In this document: in pieces, positions 1 through 8,493 of the stretch
Layout of the letters: each line of letters opens with the position of its first letter
Numbering within the stretch: position 1 is the stretch's first letter
IMG/VR virus record: IMGVR_UViG_2541047752_000002
Length of the DNA: 39,757 nucleotides
Strand: one strand, 5' to 3'
From: a virus
Lineage: Duplodnaviria; Heunggongvirae; Uroviricota; Caudoviricetes
The notes under the pieces: model-generated
Told to the model about the DNA's origin: nothing
Databases searched by the model: none
Seen by the model: the letters and a program-made list of their open reading frames with translations, nothing else
Translations under genes and position numbers: made by a program

Positions 1-1284
1 TTACTTCTTCGCCTCTGCAACCACTTTGCTACCCACGCCGCGGTTATTGTATTCCCACATGCGGTTGTAGTTAGTGTCATTCAGATTGCGTTGTATTTCG
101 TCGTTATCATCAACGCTGCCGGTGTTACCCGCAAACGGACGATTAGAGATCACCGCATCAGCCCAGGGTTTGGCTGTGTTAAAACCTTCGTTGATGGCGC
201 TATCACGGATCACCACCTGACCGTTGGTATTGGCATCAACATCCAGCGAGCGACCCAGTTGCGCCACGCCATCACCGGAAGCATTGAAACGGCTGTTTAC
301 GGCGAGGAAACCGTAATAGATGTTAGACAGCGTAGCCGGTGCAAACACATACGCTTCTTGCTGAGTACGTGAGTTCACCACGCGGAATTCGGTGTTATCG
401 AACACCACTGCGCCGCGACCAGAAACGATATCCACATCCCCTTCAATGTAACTGTTGGTCACCAGAGTACGCGGCTGACGGTTGGTTTCCAGACGGTTTT
501 GCACACCACTGTTGGTGACAAAGAAGGTATTCTGACGACCGAGAATGTTGACGTTATTGATCTGCACTTTGTCACCATCAGTACGCAGTGCCACCGCCGG
601 ATGGTTACCCGCATCTACGCTATCGCCCAGCGTGTTTTCGATGGTCAGATTTTGCAGTTGCAGGCCATTGTTTTGTGACCAGAAGACCGCAGAGCAGAGA
701 ACACCGATACTGTCGCTGCGTTTGCTCTGGCAGCTATCGTACATATACCACGCTGGTTTACCTGGCATATATTTGCCGCGCGGGTTGACGTCGTGACGCC
801 AGTCGGCAGGGCTCATGCCCCCATCAAGGGAAAGCCCAATCTTCACATCAATCGGTTTTTCACCTGTACCGTACAGAGTAATTCCACCCGGAGCGGCAGG
901 GACATACACCGTTCCCTGATACTCACCAGGCATCACGGCAATATACTGGCGCTTGTTGGTGCGCTTGATAATTGCCGCATCTACCGCCGCCTGAATCGTG
1001 GTATGCGTTACACCTTGAGTACCCGCCGGGCCGACAACAAAGTCAGGTTGCGCAGGCAGGGTAATCGGGGAAGGATTCCACGCTGCCGCACCTGGTGTCA
1101 GGGATGCAAAATAGTGTTGAGCATCGAAATTCTGCGCTTCTTTTGCCGACAGAATCGGGCGAGAAGAGGTACCAGGCGCGGTTTGATCAGAAGGACGTTG
1201 ATCGGGCGGTGTTGAGCTACAGGCGGTCAGCGTCACGCCAAAAGCCAATGCCAGCGCCAGACGGGAAACTGAAAATGTGTTCAC
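1..1284 (-). CDS. ybhC: YbhC, pectinesterase-like outer-membrane lipoprotein (host gene on the gal side of att-lambda)
   Basis: Complete 427-aa ORF with lipoprotein-type signal peptide (LTLTAC); recognised from memory as the host gene flanking attB-lambda; lies immediately outside the att core. Confidence 0.85.
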   Translation of the reverse strand: MNTFSVSRLALALAFGVTLTACSSTPPDQRPSDQTAPGTSSRPILSAKEAQNFDAQHYFASLTPGAAAWNPSPITLPAQPDFVVGPAGTQGVTHTTIQAAVDAAIIKRTNKRQYIAVMPGEYQGTVYVPAAPGGITLYGTGEKPIDVKIGLSLDGGMSPADWRHDVNPRGKYMPGKPAWYMYDSCQSKRSDSIGVLCSAVFWSQNNGLQLQNLTIENTLGDSVDAGNHPAVALRTDGDKVQINNVNILGRQNTFFVTNSGVQNRLETNRQPRTLVTNSYIEGDVDIVSGRGAVVFDNTEFRVVNSRTQQEAYVFAPATLSNIYYGFLAVNSRFNASGDGVAQLGRSLDVDANTNGQVVIRDSAINEGFNTAKPWADAVISNRPFAGNTGSVDDNDEIQRNLNDTNYNRMWEYNNRGVGSKVVAEAKK

Positions 1285-1330
1285 AGGTTGCTCCGGGCTA
1301 TGAAATAGAAAAATGAATCCGTTGAAGCCT

Positions 1331-1345
1331 GCTTTTTTATACTAA
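1331..1345. repeat. attL core (GCTTTTTTATACTAA), left prophage junction (B-O-P')
   Basis: Exact 15-bp lambda att core; left flank TTGAAGCCT is attB B-arm sequence; identical core repeated at 39176-39190. Confidence 0.93.
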
Positions 1346-1418
1346 GTTGGCATTATAAAAAAGCATTGCTTATCAATTTGTTGCAACGAACAGGTCACTA
1401 TCAGTCAAAATAAAATCA
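1346..1418. promoter_or_regulatory. att P' arm with Int arm-type binding sites
   Basis: Sequence GTTGGCATTATAAAAAAGCATTGCTTATCAATTTGTTGCAACGAACAGGTCACTATCAGTCAAAATAAAATCATTATTTG matches remembered lambda P' arm, including CAGGTCACTAT and CAGTCAAAAT arm-type repeats. Confidence 0.85.
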
Positions 1419-2489
1419 TTATTTGATTTCAATTTTGTCCCACTCCCTGCCTCTGTCATCACGATACTGTGATGCCATGGTGTCCGACTTATGCCCGAGA
1501 AGATGTTGAGCAAACTTATCGCTTATCTGCTTCTCATAGAGTCTTGCAGACAAACTGCGCAACTCGTGAAAGGTAGGCGGATCCCCTTCGAAGGAAAGAC
1601 CTGATGCTTTTCGTGCGCGCATAAAATACCTTGATACTGTGCCGGATGAAAGCGGTTCGCGACGAGTAGATGCAATTATGGTTTCTCCGCCAAGAATCTC
1701 TTTGCATTTATCAAGTGTTTCCTTCATTGATATTCCGAGAGCATCAACATGCAATGCTGTTGGGATGGCAATTTTTACGCCTGTTTTGCTTTGCTCGACA
1801 TAAAGATATCCATCTACGATATCAGACCACTTCATTTCGCATAAATCACCAACTCGCTGCCCGGTAACAACAGCCAGTTCCATTGCAAGTCTAAGCCAAC
1901 ATGGTGATGATTCTGCTGCTTGATAAATTTTCAGGTATTCGTCAGCCGTAAGTCTTGATCTCCTTACCTCTGATTTTGCTGCGCGAGTGGCAGCGACCGG
2001 GTTTGTTGTTATATGGCCTTCAGCTATTGCCTCTCGGAATGCATCGCTCAGTGTTGATCTGATTAACTTGGCTGACGCCGCCTTGCCCTCGTCTATGTAT
2101 CCATTGAGCATTGCTGCAATTTCTTTTGTGGTGATGTCTTCAAGTGGAACATCAGGTAGCCCCCTCCTTATTGCTTTAATTTTGCTCATGTAATTTATAA
2201 GTGTCTTCTGCTTGATTCCTCTGCTGGCGAGGATTTTTTCGTAGCGATCAAGCCATGAATGTAACGTAACAGAATTATCACTGTTGATTCTCGCTGTCAG
2301 AGGCTTGTGTTTGTGTCCTGAAAATAACTCAATGTTTGCCTGTATTGCTTCAGTAATTGCTATCCTCCTGTCTCTGCCTAATCCGAACTCTTTACCCGTC
2401 CTTGGGTCCCTGTAGCAGTAATATCCATTGTTTCTTATATAAAGGTTAGGGGGTAAATCCCGGCGCTCATGACTTCGCCTTCTTCCCAT
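1419..2489 (-). CDS. int: Lambda-type integrase (tyrosine recombinase)
   Basis: 356-aa ORF beginning MGRRRSHERRDLPPNLYIRNNGYYCYRDPRTGKEFGLGRD, recognised as lambda Int; adjacent to att P' arm; overlaps xis as in lambda. Confidence 0.97.
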   Translation of the reverse strand: MGRRRSHERRDLPPNLYIRNNGYYCYRDPRTGKEFGLGRDRRIAITEAIQANIELFSGHKHKPLTARINSDNSVTLHSWLDRYEKILASRGIKQKTLINYMSKIKAIRRGLPDVPLEDITTKEIAAMLNGYIDEGKAASAKLIRSTLSDAFREAIAEGHITTNPVAATRAAKSEVRRSRLTADEYLKIYQAAESSPCWLRLAMELAVVTGQRVGDLCEMKWSDIVDGYLYVEQSKTGVKIAIPTALHVDALGISMKETLDKCKEILGGETIIASTRREPLSSGTVSRYFMRARKASGLSFEGDPPTFHELRSLSARLYEKQISDKFAQHLLGHKSDTMASQYRDDRGREWDKIEIK

Positions 2490-2685
2490 TTCTGATCCTC
2501 TTCAAAAGGCTACCTGTTACTGGTCGATTTAAGTCAACCTTTACCGCTGATTCGTGGAACAGATACTCTCTTCCATCCTTAACCGGAGGAGGGAATATCC
2601 TGCATTCGCGCACCCATCGACGAACTGTTTCAAGGCTTCTTGGGCGTCGCTGGCGAGCGTTCCACTCCTGAAGTGTCAAGTACAT
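2467..2685 (-). CDS. xis: Excisionase Xis
   Basis: 72-aa product MYLTLQEWNARQRRPRSLETVRRWVRECRIFPPP recognised as lambda Xis; internal ATG of the 102-aa track ORF; overlaps int 5' end. Confidence 0.93.
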   Translation of the reverse strand: MYLTLQEWNARQRRPRSLETVRRWVRECRIFPPPVKDGREYLFHESAVKVDLNRPVTGSLLKRIRNGKKAKS

Positions 2686-2799
2686 CGCAAAGTCTCCGCA
2701 ATTACACGCAAGAAAAAGCCGCATTGATGCGGCGATGGTAGGTCTGGATATCATTGAGCAATGAACAGGCCTCATCGAGTGTGAGGCTGTATGGCTCCA

Positions 2800-3105
2800 T
2801 TATTTCACCTCTTGCTGTGTCATTGTTGAAAAATGGATACCAGCTCGTTGCTGCCAGACGATCCAACCGAGAGTCATATCCCATGCCATGTATTCGTTAT
2901 CGCCGTTTTTTGCTCTCCGACGATCTACTAAGTCACCGAAACGCTTTTCCATGAATAATTCATAGGCTTCGCGTTCATCTGGCTCTACTTCCAGAGATAC
3001 GAGTGCGATTTCATAAGCACGGCGCTCAATATCGTCTCGAACCTCTAGGCTGCTGATTCGTTCTTTGATTTCTTTAATCAGTTCTTTATTGGTAAATGTG
3101 GTCAT
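2800..3105 (-). CDS. Early-left hypothetical protein (101 aa, resembles K-12 prophage CPS-53 YfdT by size and position)
   Basis: ORF in operon with flanking genes; start overlaps upstream stop; no recognisable motif. Confidence 0.6.
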   Translation of the reverse strand: MTTFTNKELIKEIKERISSLEVRDDIERRAYEIALVSLEVEPDEREAYELFMEKRFGDLVDRRRAKNGDNEYMAWDMTLGWIVWQQRAGIHFSTMTQQEVK

Positions 3106-3467
3106 TATGCTCCAGCCTCCGGTGCTTTTGGCATTACTGCCCAGTGAGTGATATTGACGTTTTCAAGGTCCCCGACCTGAAATATCCACTGCCATTCTCC
3201 GGTTTCTTTTTGTCCCCAGGTGTACCAGAGAGAACGCCAGCCAATCAGCCAGCCTTCTCCATTAGCATCAAATAACAGAACACTTTCATTTGCTGGTGGC
3301 AGTTCAGCTGACACTGGTATTATTTTGTTTTCCAGTGCCGCACATTTAGCTTCAAGCGCGTCGAATTTACGTACCAGGTACTCAGCATTTGTTTCGTTCA
3401 CTTTCAGATCTCGCGGTACACATTTCCCGCGAAGAAACCCTTCCATTTCGAAAACATTCATGCGCAT
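3105..3467 (-). CDS. Early-left hypothetical protein (120 aa, YfdS-like by size and position)
   Basis: ORF co-oriented and tightly packed with neighbours; no catalytic motif recognised. Confidence 0.6.
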   Translation of the reverse strand: MRMNVFEMEGFLRGKCVPRDLKVNETNAEYLVRKFDALEAKCAALENKIIPVSAELPPANESVLLFDANGEGWLIGWRSLWYTWGQKETGEWQWIFQVGDLENVNITHWAVMPKAPEAGA

Positions 3468-3994
3468 TTGCGTAACTCCGATAAATCGTTAAAACGTTCC
3501 ATAAACATCCCGTAGGCATGACCCGGTGCCAGTGGAATCACGTTGAACATCTCTGTTGCCGGGATGCCTTCCAGTACAGGCCAGAAAGAGCCATCATCAA
3601 GCCCGAGATCGCGGCGTTCGGTTGCCAGCATGATGAGATCGGCATATTTCACGGGTGTACTCATAACTGGGGGTAACTCGTATTTCTCACGGATTACGGC
3701 GTCTATTTTTTCTTCCATCCGTTTATAGTCAGGAAGAAGGCGTTTCAGTGGTGCGGGAATGTCCTGGCAATACGCTTCTGTTGCATCATGCATTAACGCT
3801 TCAAAAGCAAATTCCTGCGGCACCAGCTGGCTGCAAAGAACCGCATGTTGGGCGACGCTGTAGAAGTGCGAAAGATGACCGGCAAAGCGACAGATATTTG
3901 AAAGGGAAACCGCGATATCGTTAATATCGATGTCGTCTTTATTTATCTTGTCATAATAAAAATGCTTCCCGGAAAAAGTTTTAATAAATGACAT
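3458..3994 (-). CDS. yfdR: HD-domain phosphohydrolase (YfdR-like 5'-deoxynucleotidase family)
   Basis: HD-family motifs (…FAGHLSHFYSVAQHAVL…, …HDATEAY…); start moved to internal ATG 3994 with GGAGA Shine-Dalgarno (178 aa); track ORF extends to 4021. Confidence 0.75.
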   Translation of the reverse strand: MSFIKTFSGKHFYYDKINKDDIDINDIAVSLSNICRFAGHLSHFYSVAQHAVLCSQLVPQEFAFEALMHDATEAYCQDIPAPLKRLLPDYKRMEEKIDAVIREKYELPPVMSTPVKYADLIMLATERRDLGLDDGSFWPVLEGIPATEMFNVIPLAPGHAYGMFMERFNDLSELRKCA

Positions 3995-4121
3995 TTTGTT
4001 CTCCACGTATATGCACTGCACCGCGCTGAATTCTGGTAAAAGGAAGCCCTCACCATCCGGTGATTATTGAGTTAATTACGTTTCCATAAATGCCCCCGCA
4101 GGGGCATTTGCAGTAATGAAA

Positions 4122-4946
4122 TCAGGCGGTGAAAGTACCAATAAAGGTTTCTACTTTGCTGTCTTTGAATTTCTCAACAAGCAGATCACGAAATTCGTTA
4201 GCCATTTCTTCCTGCACCGCTTCCAGCTGAATAATGCGCAGAACCAGTACAGGACGATCGCCAGTGATAATGCTGAGGCGTAATTTAAACGGACGTTCTT
4301 TCAGACCTTCAAACGGAACGCATTTAAATTCAAATGCCACTGGCATAATGTCTTTGGTCTTCGCTTCGACAGACTCCATCAGGGAGCGTTTGCCGCTGAA
4401 GTCATTATCTTCAAAATCAGCGGTCTGGTTTGCTTCAATCGTGATTTTACGGACTGCCGCAGCCGCTTTTGTTGCTTGAATGGCGTCACCATTAGCATCA
4501 AAGCCCACAAGGTAGTCGGCCCAGTCTTCGATCCATTCTGCCAGTGACTTCTGGGAGTTACGCTCGCCGTTAACAGACAACAGAGCAGAGAACGGTGCTG
4601 TCTTTTTCAGTTTGAGAGTGGCAGTGTTATCTGCGTGACCTGGCTCATCAATAGTACCCAGGTTAAGCACACTGACGGCACGCATATTATCGGCATCGAT
4701 AAAGCAGCGGGTGCCTTCATCTGCAAGATCTTTAGAATAACGGGTAAAATCATCGATGCTGGCAGTGGAAAGTGCACCACGGAAACGGAAGCGATTTAAA
4801 TTAAATTTTTCCAGATCATGAATGCGGAAATTCTCAGGCAATGCCACAGCATCGGCACCAATCTTACTGATAATTTCATTAACACCCTGAGCAGAAATAA
4901 GGGCATGGATTTGATTAATTGCGGTTGCGTCTAAGTTCTGAGACAT
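4122..4946 (-). CDS. yfdQ: DUF2303/YfdQ-family prophage protein
   Basis: 274-aa [23 protein letters not shown]…, recalled as the YfdQ family; co-oriented in the early-left operon. Confidence 0.65.
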   Translation of the reverse strand: MSQNLDATAINQIHALISAQGVNEIISKIGADAVALPENFRIHDLEKFNLNRFRFRGALSTASIDDFTRYSKDLADEGTRCFIDADNMRAVSVLNLGTIDEPGHADNTATLKLKKTAPFSALLSVNGERNSQKSLAEWIEDWADYLVGFDANGDAIQATKAAAAVRKITIEANQTADFEDNDFSGKRSLMESVEAKTKDIMPVAFEFKCVPFEGLKERPFKLRLSIITGDRPVLVLRIIQLEAVQEEMANEFRDLLVEKFKDSKVETFIGTFTA

Positions 4947-5011
4947 AATAAGTCCTCACTATATAAAGATATTCAGTGATGAGATAAATAATCAGTTTAT
5001 TACGAACGATA

Positions 5012-5374
5012 TTAACGACCTGCTGCGCGGAGTTTTCCGTCAGGTTCACCGGCAAGAGTCAGTAATTGTCCCTGGTCTTCCTGCAGAATAGTCAGGCGAC
5101 CACCGCGATTGACATACATCGGCGTTTCGGTGGTGTCTTCTTCGGAAATTTTCCCGCGGTTAGTCGGGCGAATATATGAGAGTTTGTGTTTGATTTTCAC
5201 ACGGTTCTCATCAAATGGTTCGATTTCCAGGTTGAGTGAGACCTTACCTTTGGTTTTCGTGTTCATCACACCGGAAGCGACTTCACTGAGAACTGCGCCG
5301 ATTTTGGTTTCAAATACGCCGCCGTCCAGCTCCCCGATAAATGCCTGCACATCAGTACTGCGTTCGCTAGCCAT
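5012..5374 (-). CDS. Early-left hypothetical protein (120 aa, YfdP-like)
   Basis: Start assigned to ATG at 5374 preceded by AGGAG 7 nt upstream; the 226-aa track ORF is an upstream run-on into GC-rich non-coding DNA. Confidence 0.6.
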   Translation of the reverse strand: MASERSTDVQAFIGELDGGVFETKIGAVLSEVASGVMNTKTKGKVSLNLEIEPFDENRVKIKHKLSYIRPTNRGKISEEDTTETPMYVNRGGRLTILQEDQGQLLTLAGEPDGKLRAAGR

Positions 5375-5392
5375 TTTGCTGCTCCTCATCAT

Positions 5393-5843
5393 ATCGACCC
5401 TGCAAGGCCGATTAGTTTCTCCACAAAACAGAGAAGAACACCTGTGGTGGCCGCCGCCCGGATGGATTGGGTTATGAGCCCGTCGTCCGGTGATGCTCTT
5501 CTCTGTTTTGTAAAAAGGACGGTACCAGCCGGAAGCAAGGGTACAAGCTGGTACCGCCAGGACTACACACAGCATAAAGTTGTGGTGCCGGGTGCCTCCC
5601 GGTGCCTGGCGAAGGTTGCACACCAGGCGGGTGGGTATCCACAGAAGGTCGACTGTCAGCCTCAACCTTAACCCGCGTGCGCTGAGCCGCATTCACCACA
5701 ACGCTAAGGATTCTCTCTGGTTGAAAATACTTAGCTGTTATGTGCCTGCTTTTAGCCACATCAGGCGAGGTGGACCTGGTTATTCCCCAACAACAAGGAT
5801 TTGGTTAATCTGGATATCCCCAACAACTAGCTGAGTATTCAAC
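5393..5843 (-). other. GC-rich untranslated leader with long inverted repeats (candidate structured RNA element of the leftward early transcript)
   Basis: No ORF with a credible start or Shine-Dalgarno; 16-bp inverted repeat ACAAAACAGAGAAGAA (5423-5440) with its complement (5494-5512); 9-bp stem GGTACCAGC/GCTGGTACC (5521-5555); direct repeat TCCCCAACAAC at 5784 and 5816. Confidence 0.4.
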
Positions 5844-6365
5844 GTGATAGCTGAACTGTCTGCGGCTATGGCCGCTATAAAGGAGACTGCCGGTCTTGCT
5901 AAGGTTATTAATGACGCGAAAACGGATGCAGAAGTTAAAGCTGCAACCATTGAACTCCAGAACAAACTAATCACGCTTCAGGCAGAATGCTTCTCTCTTG
6001 GCGATGCGATCCGCCTTCGTGATGAAGAGGTGATGCATCTCAAAGCAAAAATTGCAGAGTTTGAAGATTTTTGTGCCAAGGTAGAAGGATATGTCCTTGA
6101 TCAGCTTGACTCTGGTGCTTTTGTTTACTCTAAAAATGAAATTGTGAGTGGAAAAGAAATAACTGTGCATCTGTGCCCACTTTGTTATTCCAAAAATATA
6201 AAATCGATACTTCATCCGCTTCCAGTAGGTAAAACTTCTCATTTTCTTACAAGCCGTTGCCTTCACTGTGAAAATAAATTTCTTATGGAAAAAAATCCGA
6301 TGTACGAACGACCAAGATCATTACGTGAGTTGGGGCGAGATCTGAATTCGCCTTGGATTCCTTAA
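5844..6365 (+). CDS. Hypothetical coiled-coil protein with C-terminal Cys4 zinc ribbon; opposite-strand moron in the immunity region
   Basis: 173-aa ORF (GTG 5844 or ATG 5868); CPLC…(x29)…CLHC motif; AT-rich 3' half; own intrinsic terminator at 6408-6431; antisense to the leftward early operon. Confidence 0.55.
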   Translation: MIAELSAAMAAIKETAGLAKVINDAKTDAEVKAATIELQNKLITLQAECFSLGDAIRLRDEEVMHLKAKIAEFEDFCAKVEGYVLDQLDSGAFVYSKNEIVSGKEITVHLCPLCYSKNIKSILHPLPVGKTSHFLTSRCLHCENKFLMEKNPMYERPRSLRELGRDLNSPWIP

Positions 6366-6394
6366 ATCTTGCATTGGTTGGATGATACCCAGAT

Positions 6395-6406
6395 TGTTAA
6401 AGAGCT
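6395..6406 (-). promoter_or_regulatory. rrn-type boxA-like motif (GCTCTTTAACAA) on the leftward transcript, candidate nutL
   Basis: Exact 12-nt match to the remembered rrn boxA consensus on the minus strand, just downstream of the hairpin at 6408-6425 and of the putative PL. Confidence 0.4.
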
Positions 6407-6407
6407 A

Positions 6408-6431
6408 AGCGTCCTGTAGGGCGCTTTTTTG
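6408..6431 (+). terminator. Intrinsic terminator of the zinc-ribbon moron gene
   Basis: Hairpin AGCGTCCT-GTAG-GGCGCT followed by TTTTTTGTT. Confidence 0.65.
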
Positions 6432-6510
6432 TTGCTAACGAATCATCCTGGACTTCATATGCCCCAGGCGGCTACTTCGTGGGCGTCCTGCCTGTTTGTT
6501 GTTTCTCTTG

Positions 6511-6543
6511 GGTACATTATGTATCTCATAGGTACATTGTCAA
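6511..6543 (-). promoter_or_regulatory. Putative PL promoter with overlapping OL operator half-sites
   Basis: Minus strand reads TTGACA (-35), 16-nt spacer, CATAAT (-10); GGTACAT half-sites at 6511 and 6528 match those in the cI-cro intergenic region. Confidence 0.5.
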
Positions 6544-6545
6544 GT

Positions 6546-6575
6546 ATAAAAAAACCTGCCGAAGCAGGTTCATAA
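6546..6575 (-). terminator. Intrinsic terminator downstream of cI
   Basis: Minus-strand hairpin ACCTGC-TTCG-GCAGGT followed by TTTTTTT. Confidence 0.7.
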
Positions 6576-6582
6576 ACATTGA

Positions 6583-7257
6583 TTAGGCTTTGATTTTGTA
6601 TCTTCTTGGTTTTCCTGAGAAAATCACAGTTCCAATTATAGAGCAATTACCGTTGATCTTAATGTAAGGCTCAGGCCAGTTTGGGTTTAACGCTTTGAGA
6701 TAACGCTGTGTCCCATCTTCTATCAACCTTTTGAAGGTGGTTTCACCTGTATCGTGCATCAATGCAATAACGTCGTCACCGTGGCAGGCAGGTACTTCAG
6801 GATCGACAAAAATCATGTCTCCCGGGCGGTACTCATCAATCATTGAATCACCTATCACCCGCAAGATATAAGTCATTTCCCCACAGGGTACAGGGCAGGG
6901 ATACGTTTCTGCTGTGCTCAAATCAACCTCAGAATATCCAACTTCTTTCCATGCTCCGGCCTGTACCCATGATATGACAGGGACTAATGTGATTTGTTTA
7001 TTAGTGATTGAAACATCAGGTTTTTTTGTGATGTTCGTTGTCTGGTGTTCTTGATCGAGCCATCCGACAGGCAGGTCGAAACATTTTTCGATGTGTCGTG
7101 CCATGCTGTCACCGATATTTTTAGTAGCACCATCTCCCATAAACCTGCTGGTCTGGGTTGGCTCGCGATCAATCATAGTGGCAAAGGAAGAATTCCCGCC
7201 AACACCATCTCTCAGTTTTCTGGCGTTAGACCGCCGGATGTCATGGATTGTTTTCAT
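6583..7257 (-). CDS. CI-like prophage repressor (HTH plus S24/LexA-type autopeptidase domain)
   Basis: 224-aa ORF; C-terminal S24 peptidase signature (…VIGDSMIDEYRPGDMIFVDP…); divergent from cro across an operator-rich intergenic region; no Shine-Dalgarno, so probably leaderless. Confidence 0.85.
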   Translation of the reverse strand: MKTIHDIRRSNARKLRDGVGGNSSFATMIDREPTQTSRFMGDGATKNIGDSMARHIEKCFDLPVGWLDQEHQTTNITKKPDVSITNKQITLVPVISWVQAGAWKEVGYSEVDLSTAETYPCPVPCGEMTYILRVIGDSMIDEYRPGDMIFVDPEVPACHGDDVIALMHDTGETTFKRLIEDGTQRYLKALNPNWPEPYIKINGNCSIIGTVIFSGKPRRYKIKA

Positions 7258-7347
7258 AACAAAATTAAAACCCTTGTACCGTTAAGGTACAAGTATCTTG
7301 AAGGTTCATTTCAATCATGTAATATGTATACCGGAGGTACATATTGT
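7258..7347. promoter_or_regulatory. OR region with divergent PRM/PR promoters and operators
   Basis: Palindrome TGTACC-GTTAA-GGTACA (7275-7291); further GGTACA half-sites at 7286 and 7335; PR candidate TTGAAG(7298)-16 nt-TAATAT(7320); PRM candidate TTGTAC-17 nt-TTTAAT ending 7 nt before the cI ATG. Confidence 0.6.
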
Positions 7348-7548
7348 ATGAAAGTGTATTGGGACTCTTTAACCAAAGAACAGCAGGGCGAGTTGGCCGG
7401 AAAAGTTGGCTCAACACCTGGCTACTTACGGCTGGTTTTCAATGGCTATAAAAAAGCCAGTTTTGTGCTGGCTAAAAAACTTGAGCAATGCACGTCAGGT
7501 GCAATTACGAAATCTGACTTAAGACCGGATATCTATCCGAAAGATTAG
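7348..7548 (+). CDS. Cro-like repressor
   Basis: 66-aa ORF (MKVYWDSLTKEQQGELAGKVGSTPGYLRLVFNGYKKAS…) with HTH-like segment; GGAGG Shine-Dalgarno at 7334-7338; track ORF 7045-7548 is an upstream run-on. Confidence 0.75.
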   Translation: MKVYWDSLTKEQQGELAGKVGSTPGYLRLVFNGYKKASFVLAKKLEQCTSGAITKSDLRPDIYPKD

Positions 7549-7579
7549 CAGAACACTTTCAATTTTTAACCACAGAACG

Positions 7580-8149
7580 ATGAGGCTAATCGTGGGTAAG
7601 CATCACTGGAAAATAGAAAAACAGCCTGAGTGGTACGTGAAAGCTGTCAGAAAAACTATCGCGGCGTTGCCGGGTGGTTACGCTGAAGCCGCTGACTGGC
7701 TGGATGTAACAGAGAACGCTTTATTCAACCGCCTTCGTGCAGATGGCGATCAGATTTTCCCGCTGGGATGGGCAATGGTTTTACAGCGTGCTGGTGGCAC
7801 TCACTTCATTGCTGATGCTGTGGCGCAGTCTGCAAATGGCGTCTTTGTGTCTCTTCCTGACGTCGAGGATGTGGACAACGCCGATATTAACCAGCGTCTG
7901 CTGGAAGTCATTGAACAGATCGGCAGTTATTCAAAACAGATTCGTTCAGCAATCGAAGACGGTGTAGTGGAACCGCATGAGAAGACAGCAATTAACGACG
8001 AGCTGTATCTCTCAATTTCGAAGCTGCAGGAGCATGCAGCACTTGTCTACAAAATTTTTTGCATTTCAGAAAGTAATGACGCCCGCGAGTGTGCAGCTCC
8101 GGGCGTCGTGGCGTCGATTGCTTCTGGTTGTGGAGAAACTAACGCATGA
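7580..8149 (+). CDS. Early regulatory protein (CII-like/YdaT-like by position)
   Basis: 189-aa ORF directly downstream of cro; family assignment is positional only. Confidence 0.5.
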   Translation: MRLIVGKHHWKIEKQPEWYVKAVRKTIAALPGGYAEAADWLDVTENALFNRLRADGDQIFPLGWAMVLQRAGGTHFIADAVAQSANGVFVSLPDVEDVDNADINQRLLEVIEQIGSYSKQIRSAIEDGVVEPHEKTAINDELYLSISKLQEHAALVYKIFCISESNDARECAAPGVVASIASGCGETNA

Positions 8150-8484
8150 ACAGTTTAACAACACACTACCGTCGCTCGCAACTGATTGCGCTTCCTGTAC
8201 CGGGTGGAAAAGCGAAGGTGGAATATTGCTATGCAGTGAATGTACCAGGTGACAGGGAAATTGTAACCCACAGCTTTGCAGAGTGGGCTGTGGGTGATTT
8301 CAACCGGCAAAAGGAGACAGTCCTTTGCGACAAGTTAACCGCTGGTTCAAAGATCACTACGGAGTGCCCGTCAGAGTCATTCGTTGGGAACCGGAAACAC
8401 AACGGGTTATCTACCTCCGCGAAGGCTATGAGCATGAGTGCTTCAGCCCGCTCGAACAGTTTCGTCGTAAATTCAGGGAAATAG
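8146..8484 (+). CDS. Hypothetical protein; possibly two short overlapping genes or a frameshift
   Basis: 112-aa ORF whose C-terminal third is low-complexity; an alternative TTG ORF 8325-8504 (59 aa) has a strong AAGGAG Shine-Dalgarno and more protein-like sequence. Confidence 0.35.
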   Translation: MNSLTTHYRRSQLIALPVPGGKAKVEYCYAVNVPGDREIVTHSFAEWAVGDFNRQKETVLCDKLTAGSKITTECPSESFVGNRKHNGLSTSAKAMSMSASARSNSFVVNSGK

Positions 8485-8493
8485 AGGTCGGTC

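Noticed and set aside
2467-2775. 102-aa extended ORF upstream of xis
   Set aside because: Xis begins at the internal ATG (MYLTLQEW…, 72 aa); the N-terminal extension has no Shine-Dalgarno and is not lambda-like.
5012-5692. 226-aa ORF extending the YfdP-like gene upstream
   Set aside because: Upstream part is Pro/Arg/Gly-rich run-on through GC-rich non-coding DNA; a strong Shine-Dalgarno precedes the internal ATG at 5374.
5444-5834. ORFs of 75, 95 and 84 aa on both strands of the GC-rich leader
   Set aside because: Mutually overlapping, no ribosome-binding sites, low-complexity composition typical of GC-rich non-coding sequence.
5967-6266. 99-aa basic minus-strand ORF as a possible N-like antiterminator
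   Set aside because: Antisense to a well-formed plus-strand gene; Phe/Tyr/Cys-rich composition unlike Arg-rich N proteins; no Shine-Dalgarno.
7045-7548. 167-aa plus-strand ORF spanning the cI-cro intergenic region
   Set aside because: Upstream run-on of cro antisense to cI; the real cro starts at 7348 behind a GGAGG Shine-Dalgarno.
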